NCBI GenBank assembly: GCA_043750125.1
Contig: JAYVCD010000035.1
Span: forward strand, 1 to 20,269
Direction: 5' to 3'
Source of the DNA: Archangiaceae bacterium
GTDB taxonomy: Bacteria > Myxococcota > Myxococcia > Myxococcales > Myxococcaceae
DNA: 20,269 nucleotides
Of the stretch, positions 1 to 8,034 are shown piece by piece. Under the pieces are notes generated by a model. It was not told the origin of the DNA. It saw only the letters and a program-made list of their open reading frames with translations, and searched no databases. The position numbers were made by a program, and so were the translations under genes. The stretch's first letter is position 1; each line of letters starts with the position of its first letter.

Positions 1-251
1 GCCCAAGTCCCCGAGCTGGCTGACCGCTGGAAGAGGGTGTCGGCTGTCATGACGGTCAGCTCGCCCGCGGAAAACGAAAGCGCGATCGGCGTTGCCGACA
101 TCGTCACCGGGGTCCGCGTCGCGCTCGTCCCCGCTTCGAGCCCACCCTCGATGCTCGTCACCACCGGGTCCTTCACTTCCGGAGGAACGACGATCGGCGC
201 AGGAACGCAAGCGGCACACAAGGTCAACAGCAGCAGGGGAATTGAGCGCAT
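1..251 (-). CDS. Lipoprotein, N-terminal part only (runs off the window's left edge)
   Basis: Not in the ORF track. Manual translation from ATG at 251-249 gives MRSIPLLLLTLCAACVPAPIVVPPEVKDPVVTSIEGGLEAGTSATRTPVTMSATPIALSFSAGELTVMTADTLFQRSASSGTW..., open to the edge, with basic N-region, hydrophobic core and lipobox-like CAAC; high GC3. Confidence 0.75.
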   Translation of the reverse strand, partial: MRSIPLLLLTLCAACVPAPIVVPPEVKDPVVTSIEGGLEAGTSATRTPVTMSATPIALSFSAGELTVMTADTLFQRSASSGTW

Positions 252-267
252 CGTGGGAGTCGCCATC

Positions 268-282
268 GCAAGCGGAAGACCA
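268..282 (-). promoter_or_regulatory. Candidate sigma54 -24/-12 promoter for the leftward lipoprotein gene
   Basis: Minus strand reads TGGTCT-TCCGC-TTGC versus consensus TGGCAC-N5-TTGC; GG-N10-GC spacing is correct. It would give a very short leader before ATG 251. Confidence 0.3.
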
Positions 283-366
283 TCGGGCCCGCCAAGCAAT
301 TGAGCGGCTTTGAGAGCGCTCGGGCGGGCGCTCAACGCGGATCTGGTGTATCGAAGTTCTGCAGGT

Positions 367-385
367 TGTCCTCCGGGCGAGGACA
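367..385. promoter_or_regulatory. Inverted repeat TGTCCTC-N5-GAGGACA, possible enhancer or operator site
   Basis: Perfect 7-bp arms in the divergent intergenic region, 85-100 bp upstream of the candidate -24 element. Confidence 0.3.
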
Positions 386-495
386 GCGCAGGTGCGCGAG
401 ACGAACGGGGAGTTTTGGAGTTTTTTCGCACGGACCGACGAAACACCCGCATCCCAAAAAGGTTTCAAAAGAAGTCCCGTGTAGTGTGGGCAAGC

Positions 496-1407
496 ATGGT
501 TCCGGTGCTCCTCGTCACTCTGCTGCTTGCCCAACCTCCGGTGGGGTACCTCGATGAGGGGCGACGGCTCGCGAAGAATCTCGAGTTTGCCGAGGCGATC
601 GAGCAGCTGAAAGTCGCCGGCCAGGTGAAGCAGTTGACCCCTCTTCAGCGGCTCGAAGTGCTCGAGTTGCTCGGTCGGTGCCAGGTGGCCGAAGGAGCGC
701 TCGCCGATGCGCAGTCGAGCTTTTCGCAGATGCTGGCGCTGGCGCCTGGCGCGGAGCTCGACCGGAAGCTTTCCCCCAAAATCCTCGAGGTCTTCGACGG
801 GGTGAAGCAGCGGCTCTACGCTCCCGATTTCGTGCGACTCACCCCCGAGCCCGCGCGCGCCGGGCAGGCAGTGCTTCGGCTGGTCGACCCCTGGCACCGC
901 GTCGACACGCTGGTTCAGATGCGACTGCTCAAGGGCGGGGCCCCGGTCGAAATCCCGATCGAAGTGAAGGAAGGGCAGGCGGTGCTCGAGCTCGAGGCCG
1001 CCCCCGGAACCACGCTCGAGTGGTGGCTCGAAGCGCGAGATGTCTCGGGCGCGGTGATCGCCGGGTTCGGCAGCGCCCAGTCCCCCCAGCAGTACTCGGT
1101 GCCCGCGTTGGAAACCGGGCCGTTTTCCAATGGGCCGCAGCTGCCTCCGACTCCCCGGCTGAAGCGGGTCTCTGCCTGGGTCGCGGTCGCGGCGGCCGTG
1201 GCCGCGGGGGTGGCAGGAGCCGCTTTGCAGGCGCGCTCGAGCCAGCGGGCGCACGAAGCGGCCGACAAGACCCAGCCCCCCGGAGACTGGAGCGACACCG
1301 CCCGCGCCGCCCAGGCCTCGGCCGTTTCCGACGCCACCTGGGCCGCCGGGTTATTCGCCGGAGCCGGTGCGTGCGGTGGAGTGGGCGTGGTGCTCTTCGC
1401 ATGGTGA
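496..1407 (+). CDS. Exported TPR-like protein with a C-terminal hydrophobic, autotransporter-like or membrane segment
   Basis: Likely start ATG 496 (MVPVLLVTLLLAQP, signal-peptide-like). Helical TPR-like N-terminal region (LDEGRRLAKNLEFAEAIEQL...LGRCQVAEG...SPKI), beta-rich middle, Ala/Gly-rich hydrophobic C-terminus ending LFAW. Stop overlaps the next start. Confidence 0.75.
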   Translation: MVPVLLVTLLLAQPPVGYLDEGRRLAKNLEFAEAIEQLKVAGQVKQLTPLQRLEVLELLGRCQVAEGALADAQSSFSQMLALAPGAELDRKLSPKILEVFDGVKQRLYAPDFVRLTPEPARAGQAVLRLVDPWHRVDTLVQMRLLKGGAPVEIPIEVKEGQAVLELEAAPGTTLEWWLEARDVSGAVIAGFGSAQSPQQYSVPALETGPFSNGPQLPPTPRLKRVSAWVAVAAAVAAGVAGAALQARSSQRAHEAADKTQPPGDWSDTARAAQASAVSDATWAAGLFAGAGACGGVGVVLFAW

Positions 1408-2060
1408 AACGCCTGCTGGTCCTGGCCCTCGTCTTCAGTGGGTGTTTTCCGCAATCGCTCGATGAGACGGGCAAACGCTGTGCGGCGGCCCGCCCCTGCG
1501 GTGACGGGTTTACCTGCTTCGACCTGTTCTGCCAGCCGAACGGATCGATCGATGCCGGGCCGGGCAACTGGCTCTTCAACCCGGACTTCGAGCTGTTGAA
1601 CGATGCAGGCAGGAACCTGCTCGGGTGGCGGGCGGCCAACGGCGATCTCGAGCCGTCGCCACTGCAGCCCCACGAGGGCAATTTCTCGGCGCGGCTGTAT
1701 TCCGTCGATGGCGGTGATGTGCCTTCGATGGTGCCGCTGACAGCGCCGGTGAGAAATACCCTCGCGGGCCAGACCTGGTGTGCCCAGGGGTGGGCGCGCA
1801 CCGAGTTTGCCGGGGATGCCGGGGTGATCGTCGGCCTCTACATTCGCGAACGTCATGACGATGGGGGATTCAACGAGTCCACCCCGGCGCGGCCGCGGGT
1901 CTTCGCCCAGTGGGTGCTCCTGGACGAGCTGTTCGTCACCGAAGGGGCCGAACGGCTGGACGTTCGAGTCGCGTTCGCCCGCCAGGCGAGAAGGGGCGAG
2001 GCGGTGGTGGTGGATCAGCTTCGGCTGAAGCGAAGCGTCGATGGTGTGTGTCGTTGGTGA
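1401..2060 (+). CDS. Lipoprotein with a 4-Cys knuckle and a galactose-binding-like (CBM_4_9-like) domain
   Basis: MVKRLLVLALVFSGC lipobox; C-x5-C-x5-C-x4-C knuckle; NWLFNPDFE...GW...HEGNFSARL...VVVDQLRL pattern typical of CBM4/9-like jelly-rolls. Start at ATG 1401 or GTG 1404 (GTGA overlap). Confidence 0.75.
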   Translation: MVKRLLVLALVFSGCFPQSLDETGKRCAAARPCGDGFTCFDLFCQPNGSIDAGPGNWLFNPDFELLNDAGRNLLGWRAANGDLEPSPLQPHEGNFSARLYSVDGGDVPSMVPLTAPVRNTLAGQTWCAQGWARTEFAGDAGVIVGLYIRERHDDGGFNESTPARPRVFAQWVLLDELFVTEGAERLDVRVAFARQARRGEAVVVDQLRLKRSVDGVCRW

Positions 2061-3603
2061 CGGGTGCGGTAGCGTCCGGCGCTTCTTGGTTCCCGAACAA
2101 AAAGACAACGGCCTCCGGGTCGGGCCGTACGAGCTGTTGACCCGGCTGGCCTCGGGCGGAATGGGCGAGGTGTTCATCGCTCGGCGCACCGGCGCGGGCG
2201 ACTTCGAGAAGAAGGTCGCGCTCAAGCTGCTGCTGCCCCACCTGGTTCCGGACCAGGAATTCGTTCAGCGGTTCTTCGATGAAGCGCGACTGGCCGCGCG
2301 GATGAACCACCCCAACCTGGTGCAGATCTTCGATGTGGGAGAGTCCGACGGGCGGCCCTATCTGGCGATGGCGCTGATCGAGGGGATTTCGCTCGGGCGG
2401 TTCTTGAAAGTGGCGCGGGCGAAGAAACTGGTGCTCCCGCTGCCGATCTTCCGCTTGATCGCCACCGGACTGCTCGAGGGCCTGGCCTACGCCCACACCC
2501 TCAAAGGCACCCGGGGCGAAGAGCTCGGGGTCATTCATCGCGACGTGACTCCCTCGAACCTGCTGCTGTCGACCGCGGGCTCGGTGATGCTCAACGACTT
2601 CGGAATCGCGAAGGCGGCGATCAACGAGCACCAGACGCGGCCGGGCACGGTGCGGGGGAAGTTTGCCTACGTCGCTCCCGAGCAGGCCCACCGCGGGCGG
2701 TTGACGCTGCGGGCGGATCTCTTCTCGGCGGCCGTCACCCTCTACGAGACGCTGACGCTGGTCTCGCCGTTCTTTCACCCCGGCGATGTGCAGACGATGG
2801 ACGCGGTGGTGAAGCACGTGCCGCCCCCGGCCCGAACGCTGCGGCGCGAAGTGAGCGAGCAGATGAGCCGAGCGCTCGATCGCGCGCTGTCGAAGAAGCC
2901 CGAAGATCGCTTTGCCTCTGCCCGGCAGTTTCGCGAAGCGCTGGTCGATGGCCCGGTCGCAACCGCGCCCGAGCTCGGCGAGCTGGTGCAGCGGCTGTGC
3001 GGCGAGGACTTGAAGATCTTCGAGAAGCTGCACGGCGGGGGCGAAGCGTCGGGGACTGCGTCCTTGCTGCTGATGAGCAGCGCCGCGCCGGTGACCCCAC
3101 CGCGGCGATCGCGCTTCAAGCGCTTCGCCTGGCTCACCGGGTCGATGGTGGCGGGCTTTGCAGTCGTCTTGCTGATCTTGAGTTTGTCGCGGGCCGCGCC
3201 CGAACCACAGCGCCCCGAGGCGCCGCTCGAGCTCACCGCCGTTCCGGTTCATCTCGAGCAGCCTCGACCCGAAGCCCTCGTCCCCCCGGTCGAGGACGTC
3301 CCCCCGGCCCCTGTGGAAACCAGCCCGCCGGTTCCCCACCCGGTGCGCGCTTCCCGCCCGGTGCTCGCCCGGCCGTCTGCCGAAGCGGTGCGCGTCGGCT
3401 ACCTGTCTGCCGACGCCGAGCCCTGGGCCACCGTGCTGCTCGATGGCCAACCGCTCGACCGCACCCCGCTGTCGAGATTTCCCGTGCCGGTCGGCAAGCA
3501 CACCCTCGTCTTTCGTTCCGCCGACGGGCTCGAGCAGCTGCGGCCGCTGCTGGTCGAAGAAGGCAAGGTCAACACCGTGCGCGTCGAGTTCCCCGACAAA
3601 TGA
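2041..3603 (+). CDS. Membrane-anchored Hanks-type Ser/Thr protein kinase with a C-terminal PEGA-like domain
   Basis: LASGGMGEV, VALK, HRDVTPSN, DFG, GKFAYVAPEQ and DLFS motifs; a TM helix (WLTGSMVAGFAVVLLILSL); Pro-rich linker; GYLSADAEPWATVLLDGQPLDRTPL PEGA-like tail. True start may be TTG 2086. Confidence 0.93.
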   Translation: MVCVVGDGCGSVRRFLVPEQKDNGLRVGPYELLTRLASGGMGEVFIARRTGAGDFEKKVALKLLLPHLVPDQEFVQRFFDEARLAARMNHPNLVQIFDVGESDGRPYLAMALIEGISLGRFLKVARAKKLVLPLPIFRLIATGLLEGLAYAHTLKGTRGEELGVIHRDVTPSNLLLSTAGSVMLNDFGIAKAAINEHQTRPGTVRGKFAYVAPEQAHRGRLTLRADLFSAAVTLYETLTLVSPFFHPGDVQTMDAVVKHVPPPARTLRREVSEQMSRALDRALSKKPEDRFASARQFREALVDGPVATAPELGELVQRLCGEDLKIFEKLHGGGEASGTASLLLMSSAAPVTPPRRSRFKRFAWLTGSMVAGFAVVLLILSLSRAAPEPQRPEAPLELTAVPVHLEQPRPEALVPPVEDVPPAPVETSPPVPHPVRASRPVLARPSAEAVRVGYLSADAEPWATVLLDGQPLDRTPLSRFPVPVGKHTLVFRSADGLEQLRPLLVEEGKVNTVRVEFPDK

Positions 3604-4874
3604 GCGACGAGACAGCGTCCTTAGGTCACAGCCACACCCTGGGGCGAATTCAGCCCGTTCGCCTGTTGGTGATCGATGGTCCGAATCGCGGCAGCGAAGC
3701 GATCGTCACCGACGGCACGGCGCTGGTCGGAAGTCATGAAGACTGCGCGCTGAGGCTGACCGACCCGGCGGTCTCGCGACGGCACCTGGCGATCGAGCTT
3801 CTGGGCAACAAGGTCCGGGTCAAAGACCTGTCGTCGAAGAACGGCTCGCGCTACCTGGGCAGCCGCTTCGAAGCGATCGAGCTTTCTCTCGGGTCGACGG
3901 TCGAGCTGGGCACCACCCGCCTGGCGATCGTGCCCGCGCTGCAGGCGACCGGGCCGGTGAGCGAGGTCAGCGAGCTGGCCGGGTTGCTCGGTCGATCGCT
4001 TCCGATGCGAAAGCTGTTCGCGCAGATTCAGCTGGTCGCACCCACCGACGCCGCGGTGCTGATCGCCGGCGAGACCGGAGTCGGAAAAGAAGGAGTCGCC
4101 CGCGCGCTGCACAGCCTGTCTTCGCGCGCGGCAGGCCCGTTTCGGGTCTTCGACTGCGCGGCGGTCGCCAAGGACCTCGTCCAGAGCGCCCTGTTCGGTC
4201 ACGTCAAAGGGTCCTTCACCGGCGCAGTCAAAGACGCCACCGGAGCGCTCGAAGAGGCCGATGGCGGAGTGCTGTTCCTGGACGAAGTCGCCGAGCTTCC
4301 TCTCGACCTGCAGCCCGCGCTGCTGAGGGCGCTCGAGTCGAAGACCTTTCAACGGGTCGGCGACACCCGGACCCGCACGTCCGATTTCCGGGTCGTCGCG
4401 GCGACCCACCACGACCTCTACACCAAGTCCCAGCAGGGACACTTTCGGCTCGATCTGTATTACCGGATCGCCGCGCTGATTCTCGAAGTGCCGCCGCTGC
4501 GCTTGCGCTTGGAAGACGTGGCCTTGCTCGCCCATCGCTTCGCGGCCGAAGCCAACGCGCCCAAGCTGTTGTCGGCTTCGACGCTGGCGGCGCTGTCCGC
4601 CTGGCGCTGGCCGGGCAACGTTCGCGAGCTGAAGAATGCCGTCGAGCGCATCGTGGCCCTGGGTCCGGAAGCGGCGCTGCCCGGAGTGGTGACCAAAGAA
4701 ACGTCGCTCGACTTTCACGCCACCCGAACCCAGGCCCTGCGGGCGTTCGAGCGCAGCTACCTCGAGGCGCTGCTCGAACGGCACCAGGGCAACGCGTCCG
4801 CCGCGGCGCGCGAAGCAGGGATCGCGCGCAGCTACCTCTACAAGATGCTCGAGGAGCACGGGCTCAAGCGGTAG
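3600..4874 (+). CDS. Sigma54-dependent enhancer-binding protein (FHA - AAA+ - Fis HTH)
   Basis: ATG 3600 overlaps the kinase stop (ATGA). FHA motifs VSRRH and SKNG; Walker A GETGVGKE; LFGHVKGSFTGA; Walker B VLFLDEV; FRLDLYYRI; WPGNVREL; C-terminal GNASAAAREAGIARSYLYKML. Confidence 0.95.
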   Translation: MSDETASLGHSHTLGRIQPVRLLVIDGPNRGSEAIVTDGTALVGSHEDCALRLTDPAVSRRHLAIELLGNKVRVKDLSSKNGSRYLGSRFEAIELSLGSTVELGTTRLAIVPALQATGPVSEVSELAGLLGRSLPMRKLFAQIQLVAPTDAAVLIAGETGVGKEGVARALHSLSSRAAGPFRVFDCAAVAKDLVQSALFGHVKGSFTGAVKDATGALEEADGGVLFLDEVAELPLDLQPALLRALESKTFQRVGDTRTRTSDFRVVAATHHDLYTKSQQGHFRLDLYYRIAALILEVPPLRLRLEDVALLAHRFAAEANAPKLLSASTLAALSAWRWPGNVRELKNAVERIVALGPEAALPGVVTKETSLDFHATRTQALRAFERSYLEALLERHQGNASAAAREAGIARSYLYKMLEEHGLKR

Positions 4875-5019
4875 GCCCGCGCCCGTCGCGTCCGCCGCGC
4901 CGCCAGGCTGGAATTCAGGGTGCCGGGCGATGGCGAACGGGAACGAGCGAACGCGATCGGCCAATCCCCCGGCTCGACCGGAGTGGTGAAGTGGGTGAAG
5001 GCGAAGTCGGCGCTCTCAT

Positions 5020-6147
5020 TTAGCGTCCCAGGTACTGCAGCCAGGTGGTGACGAACTCGCGGGAAACATGAGGCTGAGCGACGACCCTCGCGATCAGGTC
5101 GTCGACCATCGGCAGGTGACGCCGCTGCGTCTTCAGCGGAACAAGACGGGAATCGGGTAACTCATCGTTTCGGGGGGCCAGTGCCATCGGGAGAATGTCG
5201 AAGAATGGGGCCAGTTCAGTGGCCCCGTCGTCGTCGAAGACCAACCCGTAGTTTCCCAGATGCGCGTCGTTGTTTCCGATCGCGGCCGAGAACTCGTGCA
5301 CCTGGGCCACCGTCGTTCCGTCGTCTGAAGCCAGGTGCCCATCGGCGACGAGCACGTCCACCACCTGCGGCGCCGACACCGCCGGATCTCCAAGACGTTC
5401 CATCGCGTACCAGTACAGGGTCGTCGCGCCACGCCGGCCGAATCCCGGGCGCCGGTCAAAGCGACGGACAAACAGCAGCGCGCGTTCTCCGGCTCGCTCG
5501 GTTCTCGCTTCGACCGCGCAGTAGCCATGCGCGCGCAACACCGCCGAACAAAGCTCTTCGACGTGAAGCAGATCCCACCAGCGCTGTCCCAGGAGCGTGC
5601 TCCGCGGGGGGCTGAACTTCACCAACTCGTCGGCGCCGTCCGGGTTCCATTGGATGAACTTCGGCCGCTCTCCTCCGAGCGAGGATGGCGCAGCATTTCC
5701 GCCCGGAGGTCCCTCGAGCTGCGCCAGGTGCTCGTCGACAATCGCCGTCATCCGCTCGGAGGTCACAGCAGCGCGGGGAGGAAGTTGTTGCCGCGACTGC
5801 CTCAGTCCGTGCCAGCGCGCGAGAGACGCGTCTCCCACGATGAGGTTGCCAGAGAGGTCCTGACCGAAATGAGAGAGCGCTCGCAACGCGTCGCGTGCGC
5901 TCCACAGCTGCGGGTCTGGGGGCAGCGCGAGCTCGTGCACCCGGCGAAAGAAGCTCCTGCCCATGTACCCAGTTGGGCACATGTCCCAGAAGACCCACGG
6001 GAGCTCAGAACCAAGGACGTGCTCTCCGGGCGGAAACAACGGAAACCCCGGTCGGCTGAGCACCAGCCGATGCTCCTCGTGGACCCATTCCCCGAGCGGG
6101 GTGTCGGACCCGTCCGCACGAATCTGGAAAATTGGCACGCGAGTCAT
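5020..6147 (-). CDS. HipA-family (YjjJ-like) Ser/Thr kinase toxin lacking the N-terminal DNA-binding domain
   Basis: LPWVFWDMCPTGYMGR, GNLIVG, SSLGGERPKF, LVKFSPP, RWWDLL, RFDR, IGNNDAHLGN and LAPFFDILPM match the YjjJ/HipA pattern. An in-frame TGA at 6183-6181 prevents upstream extension. Confidence 0.85.
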   Translation of the reverse strand: MTRVPIFQIRADGSDTPLGEWVHEEHRLVLSRPGFPLFPPGEHVLGSELPWVFWDMCPTGYMGRSFFRRVHELALPPDPQLWSARDALRALSHFGQDLSGNLIVGDASLARWHGLRQSRQQLPPRAAVTSERMTAIVDEHLAQLEGPPGGNAAPSSLGGERPKFIQWNPDGADELVKFSPPRSTLLGQRWWDLLHVEELCSAVLRAHGYCAVEARTERAGERALLFVRRFDRRPGFGRRGATTLYWYAMERLGDPAVSAPQVVDVLVADGHLASDDGTTVAQVHEFSAAIGNNDAHLGNYGLVFDDDGATELAPFFDILPMALAPRNDELPDSRLVPLKTQRRHLPMVDDLIARVVAQPHVSREFVTTWLQYLGR

Positions 6148-6277
6148 GACCGTCTGCAGGTTAGACGAGTTGCCCGCAAATCAACCCGACAGACGACGCG
6201 GGGCAAGCCGCACCCCACGCGTTGGGTATCGACCCTGGACAACGAGCAGCGTCAGCACCGTTGCGCCCTTGAGCGCC

Positions 6278-7084
6278 TCAGTCGCCCAGCTGCTTGATGC
6301 TGACCGCCTTGTTGCCCGACTTGTCGATCGCGATGATCTCGACCTTTCGCTGCCCCTTCAAGAGCGGCACTTCGGCGCGGTAGCTGCCGTTCGAATCGAC
6401 CGGAATCTCGAGCCCGTTGATCAGCACCGAGCTGCCCGGTTCGACGGTGCCTTCGACGAGCAACTTGAGCTGGGCCTGCAGCGCGGGCGCGGTGGTGTCG
6501 ATCGTCACCGCCACCTGGGCCGAAGTCTCGTTGCCCGACTTGTCCTTCGCGGTCGCGATGAGAATGTGCCGCCCTTCCGCCAGCTCGGTCCTCAGTCGGT
6601 AGATGTTGCCCCTGTAGAGCGTGGCAGTCTTGTCTCCGATGGTGACCGACGCGATGTCCTTGTCCGGGACTTCGACGGTGATGAACTGTTCTTTGGTGTT
6701 GAGCACCTGCTCGGACTGCGGAAAGACGAAGCTGATCGTCGGCGGCTGGTTGTCGAACGAGGTGTACTCGTACCGGTGCACGGCCGAGACGTACTTCAGG
6801 CCCGGGTGGGGAATCGAGGACAGGGTGTTGGGCAGGTCACTGACCGGGCCGGGGTAGTTCACGGTGAAGACCGCCACCTTTCCCGCATGGCTCTTCAACT
6901 GAGCGCTGCGAAGCTCGGGCACCTTCGCAAACTCGGCCTGGAGCTGGGTGACGAGATCTCCGTCCGCGTCGTGAATGGTCAGCTCGATCTCGGTGGACTT
7001 CAGTTCCGGAGGCGGCCGCTGATTAGCCGCCGTCGTGACGCAACCCATTCCCAGCAAGAAGATCCACCAAGCAGCGTTGCGCAA
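6278..7084 (-). CDS. Lipoprotein with two bacterial Ig-like domains
   Basis: TTG start; MRNAAWWIFLLGMGC lipobox; DNQPPTI...ATAKDKSGN...DTTAP and EGTVEPGSSVLING...AIDKSGN are Big/Glucodextranase_B-type repeats. Confidence 0.8.
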   Translation of the reverse strand: MRNAAWWIFLLGMGCVTTAANQRPPPELKSTEIELTIHDADGDLVTQLQAEFAKVPELRSAQLKSHAGKVAVFTVNYPGPVSDLPNTLSSIPHPGLKYVSAVHRYEYTSFDNQPPTISFVFPQSEQVLNTKEQFITVEVPDKDIASVTIGDKTATLYRGNIYRLRTELAEGRHILIATAKDKSGNETSAQVAVTIDTTAPALQAQLKLLVEGTVEPGSSVLINGLEIPVDSNGSYRAEVPLLKGQRKVEIIAIDKSGNKAVSIKQLGD

Positions 7085-7161
7085 AGAAACCCCTCCAGGG
7101 CGTTGTTCGGCCTCGAGGTTAGCGTCCCCTTCGCGGTTTCAGTGCCTACTTCTTCAGACCG

Positions 7162-7343
7162 AACGGAACGCAGGCCTGCTGTCGATCAAAGCCCGGGGCG
7201 GTGTCGCCCTGGTCCAGGACCCGGCAGACGCCCAGGTCCCCGACATGCCCAAGAGCGCGATCGCGCAAGTGAACGTGGATCACGTGGCGCCCTTGCGCGA
7301 GCTGGCGGTGCTGATCGCCCGGCTGGTGGGGGAGCCTGCCCCC
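7162..7343 (+). pseudogene. cheB: C-terminal remnant of a CheB-type methylesterase
   Basis: GLLSIKARGGVALVQDPADAQVPDMPKSAIAQVNVDHVAPLRELAVLIARLV is the conserved CheB C-terminus. There is no proper start and the catalytic Ser and His regions are missing. Confidence 0.8.
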
Positions 7344-7344
7344 A

Positions 7345-7929
7345 CTGGTCTCGGGCAGCCCGACCACGGTGATGAGCTACAGCCGCGACGGCGTCTTCCG
7401 GTGGAAGTTTTCCGACCCCACGCTCAAGGGCGGCGAGCTGGCTCTGGCGCGCGGCCTGCTTTATTCGGAAGACAGCCCGACCGCGCTGCGGACTTCGAGT
7501 GGACCGCCGGCCTTCAGCCTGGCTGAGAAGTTCGGCCGCCCCGTCGTCGGCCAGCAGCGGTTGGTCCTCGCTCCGCAGCCGGGCGCGGGCAGCCTCAACG
7601 GCTACGAGTCGGGGACGGCCACCTTGCGCTGGAGACACAACCTGGCTGCCGGGCAGACCTTCGCCATGGAATCGCACTGCGCGATGGAAGCGAAGCCTTC
7701 ACCTGCGAAGTCAGCCGGCAAAGCCGCACCCCGGCGCAGCTGTTCGAGGCTGCCGACGGGACGCTGGCCGTGATGGACGGCGCGGCGGGCTGCAACACCT
7801 GCGAGCCGGCGCACGCCGACAAAGGCGCTGCATTTTTTTACGCTCGATGTTCCTCACCTTTCTCGGCCGCTGGGCGAGCCGTGGGTCGGCACCTACGGCG
7901 GCCCGGGCCACGAGCACCGGGAAAAATAG
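7345..7929 (+). pseudogene. 5'-truncated, doubly frameshifted remnant of a beta-propeller-like exported protein
   Basis: Three high-GC3 segments: LVSGSPTTVMSYSRDGVFRWKF...LRWRHNLAAGQTFA (to 7665); HGIALRDGSEAFTCEVSRQSRTPAQLFEAADGTLAVMDGAAGCNTCEPAHADKGAAFF (7665-7838); TLDVPHLSRPLGEPWVGTYGGPGHEHREK* (7840-7929). The second shift lies in a T7 run at 7833-7839. Confidence 0.65.
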
Positions 7930-7935
7930 CCCGCT

Positions 7936-7964
7936 GCTGACTTGTCAGCCCCGGTTGCTATAGC
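7936..7964 (+). promoter_or_regulatory. Candidate ssb promoter with an overlapping palindrome
   Basis: GCTGAC-TT-GTCAGC palindrome (7936-7949) followed by TG-c-TATAGC, an extended -10-like element. Confidence 0.35.
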
Positions 7965-8034
7965 GCTGGGTTGCAGCATCCAACGCAACCTTCCCGTGGT
8001 GGGTCGGTTTTATCGAAAGAGAAAAGGTGAGCTC

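Noticed and set aside
310-495. N-terminal extensions given by the ORF track (310, 678, 2997, 7942, 10188, 11180)
   Set aside because: Signal peptides, SD sites or stop/start overlaps point to the downstream starts 496, 1401/1404, 3600, 8035, 10236 and 11384.
915-4964. Long minus-strand ORFs 915-2225, 1936-3501 and 3621-4964
   Set aside because: Antisense shadows of the kinase operon, with Arg/Gly-rich non-protein-like composition.
4875-5019. Possible small antitoxin ORF (34 aa, MRAPTSPSP...) or gene remnant just downstream of the YjjJ-like gene
   Set aside because: Low-complexity sequence, poor codon bias, and no HTH or HipS-like features.
6203-6217. Second sigma54-like motif (TGGGGT-N5-TTGC, minus strand) upstream of the toxin
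   Set aside because: Poor -24 match, lies within a GC hairpin, and such matches can occur by chance in GC-rich DNA.
7833-7839. T7 run as a phase-variation or programmed frameshift site
   Set aside because: The gene is already 5'-truncated and shifted upstream, so decay or a homopolymer error is simpler.
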